Source: Polaribacter sp. (GTDB taxonomy: Bacteria > Bacteroidota > Bacteroidia > Flavobacteriales > Flavobacteriaceae). Taken from it: a stretch of DNA of 64,000 bases. Made by a program: the position numbers and the translations under genes. A model generated the notes under the pieces. That model was not told where the DNA came from. It worked only from the letters and a program-made list of their open reading frames with translations, and did no database searches. The stretch covers positions 8,646 through 72,645 of the forward strand of contig NZ_CBFHZT010000009.1 of NCBI RefSeq assembly GCF_965660385.1. Reading direction: 5' to 3'. This document shows positions 30,230 through 38,760 of the stretch, one piece after another (positions within the stretch are counted from its first letter, which is position 1; each line of letters opens with the position of its first letter).

Positions 30230-30751
30230 CTACAACAATCCTTTATCTTTTAAACGCTCTCTTGCACTTTTTTCATTTGGTTTAGGTGCTTCTTTTTTCT
30301 CCTCAATTTCTTCTATTTCTTTAACATCTGTAGTTTGTAAATCTTCAATAAAATCTTTTCCCTTTTCAATGACATCTTGAAATTTGTCTTCTAAAGATTC
30401 TGATTTTTGATCAATAACTGTGGATGACTTAAAAATGAATCCTGCAACATAAGTACCTATTAATGTTCCAAAAATCATAGAAGTAAATAAAGAAATGGTT
30501 GCCAAATCTATAGGAATTAAAAAACGAGTAATTATAATTGCGATTAAAAAAAATGCTGTAATAAATACCAAACGTAATAAAAAAGATTGTTGATAAACAA
30601 AGCCTTTTTTATCTGTTGCTTCCATTTGCAATTCTTTGGAATTCATCAATTTATTAAAAAAACGGTATACTTTATTTCCTTGAGATTCTCTCCAGAAAAT
30701 AACTGCTCCTAATAAAATGGAGGCTATAAATATGATAAGTTCTAGTGTCAT
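30230..30751 (-). CDS. Hypothetical 3-TM membrane protein with charged C-terminal tail
   Basis: 173-aa ORF, three hydrophobic helices, tail ending KSARERLKDKGLL. Confidence 0.75.
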   Translation of the reverse strand: MTLELIIFIASILLGAVIFWRESQGNKVYRFFNKLMNSKELQMEATDKKGFVYQQSFLLRLVFITAFFLIAIIITRFLIPIDLATISLFTSMIFGTLIGTYVAGFIFKSSTVIDQKSESLEDKFQDVIEKGKDFIEDLQTTDVKEIEEIEEKKEAPKPNEKSARERLKDKGLL

Positions 30752-30873
30752 AATTGGTAAATTGATGTACTCTATAAAATTAGTCTATTTTTATTAGAAT
30801 TTGTTACGTAACATATCAAACTAATTTATTTCGTAAATAAACTTACAAAATTTTGAAACTCTGCAGGAGTATG

Positions 30874-32388
30874 TTAATTCTTAAAAATTGAACTAACACT
30901 CTTAAAAAAGCCACGGATTCGAGAAGAAACTGAACCTACAAAACCTTTATCTTTCTCTTTCACATACTTTTCTCTATGCGTTTCTTTGTAATTATAAGTC
31001 CCTAAAATTTTAGCAACGCGTTCTTTATAAAAAGCTCCTTTGGTTTTATCGATTTGATAAATAAAATTCGCAAAACCATCTATTTCTGCCAAAACATTTG
31101 AGCCTCCATTCCAAGATTTGCCTTGAATTCCGTCTTTTTCAATATGATGTAATAATGCTCTAAAACGTTTTAATGATTTCTTATTTACATTCGGTTTCTC
31201 ATTTACAACTACTCCTGTAACCTCTTGTCTTTGATGAGGTTTCATGATACGAAGTTTATCAGGATGCAACACAAAATTTTCATCTTCTACAATTTTCTTA
31301 GAATATTTTAAAATTGCAGGAATTTTTTTAACCTGTTCTTTATGCGAAGAAAACGTAAGATCATCTACATATCTAGAATAATTGAATCCGTATTTTTTGG
31401 CTAATCCATCTAAACGAAAATCCATTTTTTTACACAATATATTGGTAATTGCAGGACTACAAGGAGATCCTTGAGGTAAAAATCGTTCGCCCCTTTGTGC
31501 AAAATAATTTTCGCCTAATAATGATATGTCTAAAATTTTAGGTTCAGAACACAATAACGCAAAAATAACAGCCACTTGTTCTGAATATCCAAAGGACTTA
31601 AATACGCCTTTTATTCTTTTGTACGTTATGGTTGGAAAAAAGTTTTTTAAATCTTGATTGATAACCACAGCTTTGTTTACATGAGGTTCTGCATTCGTTA
31701 AAATAGATTTTCCAATTACACAACCATTGGCTTTTGGATGCGTTTCAACTTTATTTAAAATTGCTTCTAAAATAAAATGTTGTGCCTTTTTTAATCTTGG
31801 CATTGGCGCAGAAATCAATCGAAAACCACCCGTTTTTTTAGCGACTTTAAAACGTTTAAAATGATTTATTTTAGCATTTTTTCTTGAAAAAGTTAAGAAT
31901 CTAAGTTCGCTTAAGGTAATTTTCATTGCATCTGCGACATCTTTGGCAGATTCTAAAATGGGTAAATTTAAAGATTTAAGCCTGTTTTTATCAGTCTTTT
32001 TATCATTTAATTGATGCGAAAAACCCTCACCCAAATAAACAATTTCTTGTTCTTTTTGCAAGCGCCATTTTTCAGCTTTTTCTTTTTTAAGTAAAGCTCT
32101 TTTTTCTTTGGTTTCTTTTTGTTTTTCTTTGGATAAGCGCTTGCGTTCTTTGTGTTTATTGACAATAAAAGCATCAATATCTTCAATGCTTTTTTCCTTT
32201 TTTAAAAGAGTATTGAGCTCGTTAGAAAGTGTACGTTCTTCTTTAAAAAAAGTATTTACTTCTTCAAAATCAAGGTTTTCATCTGTCCAAAAACCCAAAC
32301 GTCTCATTTCTGAGAGGATGTATTCCTGTTTAGACGATCCTTTAATTTTATCGTAAATTTCTTGTCTTCTCTCTGTTGAATTGCTCAT
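30874..32388 (-). CDS. Retron-type reverse transcriptase with N-terminal charged extension
   Basis: KKTGGFRLISAP, retron region X NAEPH, DLKNFFP, LPQGSPCSP, catalytic YVDD, region Y EVTG. ATG at 32388 preferred (504 aa). Confidence 0.95.
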   Translation of the reverse strand: MSNSTERRQEIYDKIKGSSKQEYILSEMRRLGFWTDENLDFEEVNTFFKEERTLSNELNTLLKKEKSIEDIDAFIVNKHKERKRLSKEKQKETKEKRALLKKEKAEKWRLQKEQEIVYLGEGFSHQLNDKKTDKNRLKSLNLPILESAKDVADAMKITLSELRFLTFSRKNAKINHFKRFKVAKKTGGFRLISAPMPRLKKAQHFILEAILNKVETHPKANGCVIGKSILTNAEPHVNKAVVINQDLKNFFPTITYKRIKGVFKSFGYSEQVAVIFALLCSEPKILDISLLGENYFAQRGERFLPQGSPCSPAITNILCKKMDFRLDGLAKKYGFNYSRYVDDLTFSSHKEQVKKIPAILKYSKKIVEDENFVLHPDKLRIMKPHQRQEVTGVVVNEKPNVNKKSLKRFRALLHHIEKDGIQGKSWNGGSNVLAEIDGFANFIYQIDKTKGAFYKERVAKILGTYNYKETHREKYVKEKDKGFVGSVSSRIRGFFKSVSSIFKN

Positions 32389-32399
32389 AAAACAAAAAA

Positions 32400-32628
32400 G
32401 GCAACAATAAGATGTATTTTTTTTCCCTTCGTACTCTCTAATGACTGAATTGAACAACTCCAGTGAAATACGTACTGGTGTATTATTTCACTTCGCAGAA
32501 GTTTAACCGGAAATAGTACACCAGTACGTATTTCACAAGTTAAGTTCGAGTCAGTGACGCGTTCGTTGTCTAGTTACAAGATTGGCGATCCACCAATCGA
32601 AATGCAAGGTTTTTATCTTATTGTTACC
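32400..32628 (-). ncRNA. Retron msr-msd ncRNA (predicted)
   Basis: Terminal inverted repeats 32615-32628 / 32400-32413 (14 bp, one G-U), 8-bp stem-loop at 32580-32598, and a long hairpin with a perfect 20-bp core (32463-32482 / 32517-32536). Ends 11 nt before the RT ATG. Confidence 0.85.
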
Positions 32629-32646
32629 AAGTTTTAAATATATTAA

Positions 32647-34275
32647 TTAATTTTTATCAAAAGCCAATCTTGTTGCTAAAATATGCGCACAAGGCCCTTT
32701 TGTCATTTTATTTTTATAATAGTCATTACATGTGCATTTTCCATCTACAATTTTTAAATCGCTGTTGATGACAACACTTGAATTGTATTTATTTTTTACC
32801 AAAGCTGACAACTCAGCCTTTTGGTTTAATGAATTCGATTTTAAATTGGAAACTGCACCATTTTCCATCAATTGATAAGCTTCTTTATCAGTTTCGCTAG
32901 AAAAACGTAACGCTTCTATATCAATTCCTTCTCTTTTTAATTCTCGAATTCGATACACATTATTCTTTAAATCGTAAATTACTTTCCCTGCTTGCGTAAA
33001 AGTTACCAAAGATTGCTGCACAGTTTGCTCATCAATCTTTAAATTTTGAGCAATTTTTGATGCTGTATTCAACCAATCTTTTCGCAACTCTAAATACACA
33101 GATTGCATTGTTGTTGCTGGTACTTTTGTTCTTGGCATTAGCAAATCTAATTGCGTTGATTGTGCCCAATCATTGGCTGTCCAACCAGATAAACCTAAAG
33201 TAAAATACATTTCATTAGTTAAATGAGCTGTGTAAAATGATGGCAATCCAGAGCCTAATAAATGAACTGTGAATTTAGTGGTTATTGGCAACAAACGTTC
33301 TAATAACGTGATTCTTCTTCTTCCCCAAACTCTAATTTCTTGTGCTTTATTTCCTTGATAAATAGACTGTAAACATTCAATTTCTATATTCCAAGGTTCA
33401 AAAACGGCGATAATCGGTTTGCCTGGTTTTAAAATATATTTTATGGCTCTTGGACCCGTTTTTTCTTTATTTCGTTTTAAAACAGATATAAAATTCGCAA
33501 TATCTATAGGATGCAAATCAAAGGAAACTTTATCACTTGTCATTGCTGTAGAAACTTGTAAAAACCCACGAACCCAACTATCAGGTAAATCAATTTTTAC
33601 TTCTCTGTAGGTTTCTTCTCCTGTTGTCTTTACATCAAATCCTTTAGGATTTATTTTAAATTCGGTGTTTTTATAGGTTCTTATTTTTTGAAATTCGTCA
33701 TATAATTTCTTAGAATAATCAATATTTGTGGTGCCGCATTTAAATTCGTCAACATTATTAAAAACCTCATAACCACAAGATAATTTGCCGTAAACGGATT
33801 CATCCTTACTAAAACATTCAAAAAACACTTGATCTGGATGCACTGTAATTACTGGATCTAACACAAACCAAGCTGCATAATCTCTTTTGTATAAATATTG
33901 AAAATAGGCTCTTTGCGCTTTATAATAAGGAGCTGTAATTTTTTCTCTTTTAGAACGAACAATTTTTAACTTGCTTTGTAAACGATTAATTTCGTCTTTT
34001 AACTTTGATAATTCTCCTGTAGCTTCTGCGACCCAAACATCTTCCTGACTTTTTAGCCAAGTTAAATAGGCTGTATTGTCTTTTGGCTGAAAATTAAAAT
34101 CGGCAGTAACAACATTATGCAGTGCTGAAATGGCTTCACGAAATGGAATTTTATTGTCTAAATTCCCCACAAAATACGTAGGTTCTCGTAAAACATCTGG
34201 TGCAAAATTAACGCCAGTTGCAGACGAACTGTTTTCTACTTTACTATTTCCACTATATTTAAAATTAAACTTCAT
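32647..34275 (-). CDS. SWIM zinc-finger domain protein (retron-associated)
   Basis: C-terminal CTC...CAH (CxC-xn-CxH) SWIM motif, DPVITVHPD and PDSWVRGFLQV conserved-looking blocks. 11-bp overlap with the upstream gene. Confidence 0.85.
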   Translation of the reverse strand: MKFNFKYSGNSKVENSSSATGVNFAPDVLREPTYFVGNLDNKIPFREAISALHNVVTADFNFQPKDNTAYLTWLKSQEDVWVAEATGELSKLKDEINRLQSKLKIVRSKREKITAPYYKAQRAYFQYLYKRDYAAWFVLDPVITVHPDQVFFECFSKDESVYGKLSCGYEVFNNVDEFKCGTTNIDYSKKLYDEFQKIRTYKNTEFKINPKGFDVKTTGEETYREVKIDLPDSWVRGFLQVSTAMTSDKVSFDLHPIDIANFISVLKRNKEKTGPRAIKYILKPGKPIIAVFEPWNIEIECLQSIYQGNKAQEIRVWGRRRITLLERLLPITTKFTVHLLGSGLPSFYTAHLTNEMYFTLGLSGWTANDWAQSTQLDLLMPRTKVPATTMQSVYLELRKDWLNTASKIAQNLKIDEQTVQQSLVTFTQAGKVIYDLKNNVYRIRELKREGIDIEALRFSSETDKEAYQLMENGAVSNLKSNSLNQKAELSALVKNKYNSSVVINSDLKIVDGKCTCNDYYKNKMTKGPCAHILATRLAFDKN

Positions 34276-37200
34276 CAGCTACATCTTTAATTAATAGTGG
34301 AATTTCTAAATTCGGGAATTGTGTTGCAATGGTTAGTAAAATATCTATATTTTTACTTCTATCAATTATGGTTTTTGTGTCTAAAATTGAATGAATTAAA
34401 CCAATTGTCATTTTTGCAACAGCTTTATTTTTAACAGATTCCTGCTCTAAAAACTGGTATACTCTTGTTTTTGTGGCTCTATTCGTATTGATAGTAAACA
34501 AACTTGTTCTAAAATAATTTTCTAATTTTAAAATTACATTTTGATTATCTTTTGCAAAAGAATTCAAATAATTGGTTACAAAAAATTGCATTTCTTTGCT
34601 TGGATGTTCTTGTAGTTTTTCTAACAAAGGCAATCCTTTTTCATTAGAAAAATGTTTTGTCATCATTTTAATCGCAAATTGCTGAACTTCTATTTTTACG
34701 TTATCCGAAATGTATAACAATACATCTGCTGTCCATTTTTCTGGCTGTATGTGTTTATCAAAATAAACACAAGCCCAATCAATTACATCTTGCCAATTTG
34801 CATTAAAAATAGACAAAGCTACTTCTAATTCATAATTAATTTTGGTTGTATTCTTCTCAAAATAATCTTGTACTTTTTTACGAATCGCAAAAATGGCACT
34901 ATCTGCTAATTGGATTACTTTTTCAATAGGCATGGTAGCCAATTGAATTCTTTTCTCAAATAAAGGCAATCCTAAATTCTGCGCAAACTCATAATCTGAA
35001 AGAACAAAAGCAAATATTTGTTCTTCGGATAAAAATGCCAAATCGTCTTTAAAATAAGTAGTTAACAGCTGATAACTGTTTTCGTGCAAACCTTCGTAAA
35101 CTTCTGATTCTGTAAGTACTTGCAAAAGCTTATCTAATAAACTTTGTTTGAAATTACGATCTAACTTTACCAACCTTTCTATGGTTGGCTGAATGGCTTC
35201 GCGAACTTCTTTGTATTCTGAAAAACAGAAACCAACAATTTCTTGTTTATTTTCTAATAAAAAAGAATCTGGAAAATGCGATAAAATTTCAATTCCTGCT
35301 TTGCGCAACAACTCATCATCTGCATTAATATACGCTTCAAAAGAGTCTTTAAATAATTTGTAAGCAGGAGTTGTATTGTGTTTTGCTAAATTGATCGCAA
35401 ACAATTTATTGCTTACTAAAGTTGAATTTGATAATTCTGTGATTTTATTTGCTGATGTTCCTTTTAGCAATTCACCAAACTTCGTATTTCCAATTAAATT
35501 AGCGATTGCAATTAAAAACTCTTTGGTAAAATGTGTGTTTTTTTGAAATAATGGCCCTAATTGATGAATATCAATTTTATGATTGTAGATAATTTCTTCT
35601 TTATACAATTCACTTAAAAAAGCAATAACCTCAACTTGATTGGTAAACAACAAACTCGAAATAAACTCTTGGTTATTGAATAAATTTATTTCGTATTTCT
35701 TTAACCAATAAAAACCTAATTCTAAGGCTTTTTCGTTTCCAGAATTTAAAAGTCCGATTACGATATCTTGTTCTGGTTGTGAGTTTTCGTATTTTGTTTT
35801 TAGAATATCAACAATTAAGGCGATTACTTTTGGGTGATAATGATTCGCTAATTTTGAGATTATTTCAGTTGATAAATCTTCTAAAAACTGCGGATTTTCA
35901 TCGATAATTTTTAATGCAAAATCTATGGCAACATCACTTTTAGCATTGGCCAAAATTTGTAAAACTGCTTTAGAACTAGTATTCCAAATTGTAGATAAAG
36001 CTTCTTCTCTTTTACTAACTTTTTTATCATCTATAACATAAAACCACTTGTCTTTTTGTTGCGTAAATCTTGTAGATGCACCATATAAAACATACATTAA
36101 AGCTGTATAATTGGCATATTTAGGAAAACATCTTTGTTCATTATTATAGGTTTGAGTTTCCCAATTGTAATTATAATTATACACAATTTCTTCTTTTACA
36201 TCATCTTCTTTATCATTTAAAGAAAGTAGCATTTGAGTTGCATATTTTACATATGTTTCTGTATCATTTATACTTAAATCATACATTTTTTTGTAAATAG
36301 AATGATTAAAATACGACTTCGTTTTTCTAGAAAATGCAACTGAAGGATTTGGTTTTGCCATTTCTTTTAGCACAGAAACCCAATTTCCTTTTTCATCATA
36401 AAAGTAATCCGAAGTAAATCCTGGTTTATTTAATGCCAAACGTTTGGAAAGTATCGCAAAAAACGCAACATCATTGGTGATTTGCGCTGTTCTAAAAATA
36501 TATCTAATCGATTTAAAAGTATTCGCTTTAAAAGGAATTCTTTCAATTATTTCGAGAATTTTTCCACGAAGCTGTTCATCATCAAAAGCAAAAATATACG
36601 CATAATATAAAAGTGATGCTTTAGTAGCATCAGCATTTAAAAACTGAATGGCTAGCGATGTAAAAGTATCTTTAGTAATGTAGTTTTCTACCTCTTTTTT
36701 AATTTCTTTTTTATCAGTTTCATTTCCGAATTTTAAGAGAAATGCACAGGCTGCTCTACCACCAATTGTACTAAATTTAGCAGTTTTAAAAACTTCTAAA
36801 ATCTTGTTTTTGTATTCTGTAATATTAAAAGAAGCCAAAACTGTAATGGCATTATATTGCTCAAATTGGTCTTTAGAGTCAATAAATTCAGCAATTAAAG
36901 CTGAAGCCTGAATCATTTTTAAATTGCCTGCTCTTAAAATAATTCTTGAGACTTTCCAGTTCCTGGCATAAGTGTTTTTTACAGCTTGTTCTAAATATTT
37001 TAGGATTGTTTTTTCTCGAACTGTATTTATATGAACTTTTGGTGTAGCTTTTTTTTCTAGTTCTAAATTTTCAGAATATCCCTTCTTTTCTTTGCTTTCA
37101 ATTAATTTATCGAAGATTTTTACAGCTTCTTCATACCCAACAGGAAAAACTGTTTTTGTGCCTTCTCTTAAATTGGCACCTCTTCTTCCATATCTAAAAT

Positions 37201-37300
37201 TTACGACAAATAAATCTTGATTTTCACAAATATCAACTTCATAAACCTTATCAGATTTGCCTTCAAAAAAATAGAGTGTTTTTTGTTTTACTAGTTTCAA
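34265..37300 (-). CDS. WGR-domain protein with HEAT/ARM-like helical repeats (retron-associated)
   Basis: N-terminal SDKVYEV...VNFRYGRRG...EAVKIFDKLIESKEKKGY WGR-type domain, then about 900 aa of helical repeat-like sequence. TTG start. Confidence 0.82.
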   Translation of the reverse strand: MKLVKQKTLYFFEGKSDKVYEVDICENQDLFVVNFRYGRRGANLREGTKTVFPVGYEEAVKIFDKLIESKEKKGYSENLELEKKATPKVHINTVREKTILKYLEQAVKNTYARNWKVSRIILRAGNLKMIQASALIAEFIDSKDQFEQYNAITVLASFNITEYKNKILEVFKTAKFSTIGGRAACAFLLKFGNETDKKEIKKEVENYITKDTFTSLAIQFLNADATKASLLYYAYIFAFDDEQLRGKILEIIERIPFKANTFKSIRYIFRTAQITNDVAFFAILSKRLALNKPGFTSDYFYDEKGNWVSVLKEMAKPNPSVAFSRKTKSYFNHSIYKKMYDLSINDTETYVKYATQMLLSLNDKEDDVKEEIVYNYNYNWETQTYNNEQRCFPKYANYTALMYVLYGASTRFTQQKDKWFYVIDDKKVSKREEALSTIWNTSSKAVLQILANAKSDVAIDFALKIIDENPQFLEDLSTEIISKLANHYHPKVIALIVDILKTKYENSQPEQDIVIGLLNSGNEKALELGFYWLKKYEINLFNNQEFISSLLFTNQVEVIAFLSELYKEEIIYNHKIDIHQLGPLFQKNTHFTKEFLIAIANLIGNTKFGELLKGTSANKITELSNSTLVSNKLFAINLAKHNTTPAYKLFKDSFEAYINADDELLRKAGIEILSHFPDSFLLENKQEIVGFCFSEYKEVREAIQPTIERLVKLDRNFKQSLLDKLLQVLTESEVYEGLHENSYQLLTTYFKDDLAFLSEEQIFAFVLSDYEFAQNLGLPLFEKRIQLATMPIEKVIQLADSAIFAIRKKVQDYFEKNTTKINYELEVALSIFNANWQDVIDWACVYFDKHIQPEKWTADVLLYISDNVKIEVQQFAIKMMTKHFSNEKGLPLLEKLQEHPSKEMQFFVTNYLNSFAKDNQNVILKLENYFRTSLFTINTNRATKTRVYQFLEQESVKNKAVAKMTIGLIHSILDTKTIIDRSKNIDILLTIATQFPNLEIPLLIKDVADEV

Positions 37301-37355
37301 TTTGCTAATTTTTGTTTTAAAAATAAGGAATGTTGATTACAATTCAGTGATTTTC

Positions 37356-38591
37356 TTAAAAATTATTTCTTATCGTTTCAACAACCCAATCTTTTTTAGA
37401 ATCTTGCCAAGTTTTGAAATTTTCGTAAAAATCTTCTTTATCATACCAATACCAAAACAGCACATCTTTTGGAGCAATATTTATGAGTAATTTCCAGATT
37501 AAATCTTGATGATGTGGTCGTAAAGAAGAATGTGGTTTGTGCAAGGCAAAATAAAATTCTTGATCTACAAAATCCTTGATTTTTGTATCGCTATTTGTTG
37601 TTTTTTTCTCTAAATAACGTTCAACACTCATTACTTTTTTACGATTATTGATATCGAGTTTGTTCAAGTAACTTTTGAAAAGCATTTTATCTTCTAAAAT
37701 TTCATTTACAGGATGTTGTGTTTCCTGAAGCGCTTCTCCGAAAATAAATTTTTTAATGCGTTCATATCGTTTTGTAGTAACTTCTTTTGCCAAATCACAC
37801 TCAATAATAAAATGATCTTTTAATTGCATTATCAACTCAGGTTGTAAAATATGAAACATTAAAACATCATAAGCAGTGTCATCAATCGCTTCTTGATACG
37901 CTTCCCAGTTTTCGAAAACTAAAATTGGTGTGATAAAATTTCTTAATAAATATATTCCTCCAAATGCTTTGGTATAAAAAGAATCTGAGGTATAAATAAT
38001 AGAATCTAAAGTGATGTTTCTATTTCTTAAATCGCCATATTTTTTTGCTGATGTTAATAATTGTTGATGAATGTTTTCATCGATAAAATTATTACCTCTT
38101 TTAAAAATTTCTATCAGTTTTAATTGTTCTTCCTTTGCTTTTTTTAAATTATCTATCAAATGAAACCTGATTGTAACCTCTTCATATTTTAAAACTTCTA
38201 ACGGTTCGTAAAACACATCAATATTCTGATCAAAATCGATACAAATGGCTGAATCTCTAGTAATATCTTGAATTTTTTGTTGATGCGTTCTAAATACCAA
38301 CTTCATTAATTCTGTATCAAAAGAATGAAATGGATTGTAAATTGGTAAGCCTTTTTGCAAAGGTGTAATTAAAATTGCATGCGGATTTGCTTCACCATTG
38401 TTTAAATAGAATATTTCGTTTTTTTCTTCAGCAATTTCTGGACTCCAACCAATTCCATCAATAGAAAATGAGGTCAATTTGGTTTTAGTAAAACCCAATT
38501 TCACCAAACATTTATTGTAACGTTCAACTAATTTTCCACTGATGGGAATTAGTTCGCTTCTGTATAAATTTGCTTGTTTTAGTTTGTTCAT
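37356..38591 (-). CDS. Conserved hypothetical protein (DUF6638-like)
   Basis: LVERYNKCL, IDGIGWSPEIA and FYTKAFGG blocks recalled as DUF6638. Family assignment unverified. Confidence 0.6.
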   Translation of the reverse strand: MNKLKQANLYRSELIPISGKLVERYNKCLVKLGFTKTKLTSFSIDGIGWSPEIAEEKNEIFYLNNGEANPHAILITPLQKGLPIYNPFHSFDTELMKLVFRTHQQKIQDITRDSAICIDFDQNIDVFYEPLEVLKYEEVTIRFHLIDNLKKAKEEQLKLIEIFKRGNNFIDENIHQQLLTSAKKYGDLRNRNITLDSIIYTSDSFYTKAFGGIYLLRNFITPILVFENWEAYQEAIDDTAYDVLMFHILQPELIMQLKDHFIIECDLAKEVTTKRYERIKKFIFGEALQETQHPVNEILEDKMLFKSYLNKLDINNRKKVMSVERYLEKKTTNSDTKIKDFVDQEFYFALHKPHSSLRPHHQDLIWKLLINIAPKDVLFWYWYDKEDFYENFKTWQDSKKDWVVETIRNNF

Positions 38592-38725
38592 AAGGCCTAT
38601 CCTAAATCCATTTCAAAAGAAAGGACTTTTATGCTTTTGATTTAATTATTTGAATGATTCTTAATGAAACATTTATTGCCGTATTTAATTTTCTGAGTCT
38701 TTTTATTTCAATTCAAAATAATCTA

Positions 38726-38758
38726 AGACCTCACAGGTTTTAAAAACCTGTAAGGTCT
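38726..38758. repeat. REP-like palindrome / hairpin downstream of the NUDIX gene
   Basis: AGACCTCACAGGTTTT-A-AAAACCTGTAAGGTCT: 16-bp arms with one mismatch, 2 nt after the stop codon. Confidence 0.75.
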
Positions 38759-38760
38759 AC

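Noticed and set aside
30874-32388. RT as a group II intron, DGR or Abi RT
   Set aside because: It has retron-specific NAxxH and VTG motifs. I see no maturase/endonuclease domain, intron domain V, or TR/VR repeat pair in the window.
32389-32457. ORF-track N-terminal extension of the RT (MFNSVIREYEG..., TTG start at 32457)
   Set aside because: It lies inside the predicted ncRNA (3' arm and msd). ATG 32388, 11 nt after the terminal repeat and preceded by the A/U-rich leader typical of Bacteroidota, is a better start.
32463-32536. Long hairpin as an intrinsic terminator, CRISPR repeat or transposon end
   Set aside because: No U-tract, stem far longer than a terminator, no repeat-spacer array or cas genes, and no transposase. 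Position upstream of a retron RT explains it as msd.
30752-37355. Target-site duplication or att sites flanking the retron module
   Set aside because: I compared the spacers 30752-30873 and 37301-37355 by eye and found no convincing direct repeat, integrase or tRNA. Insertion remains an inference.
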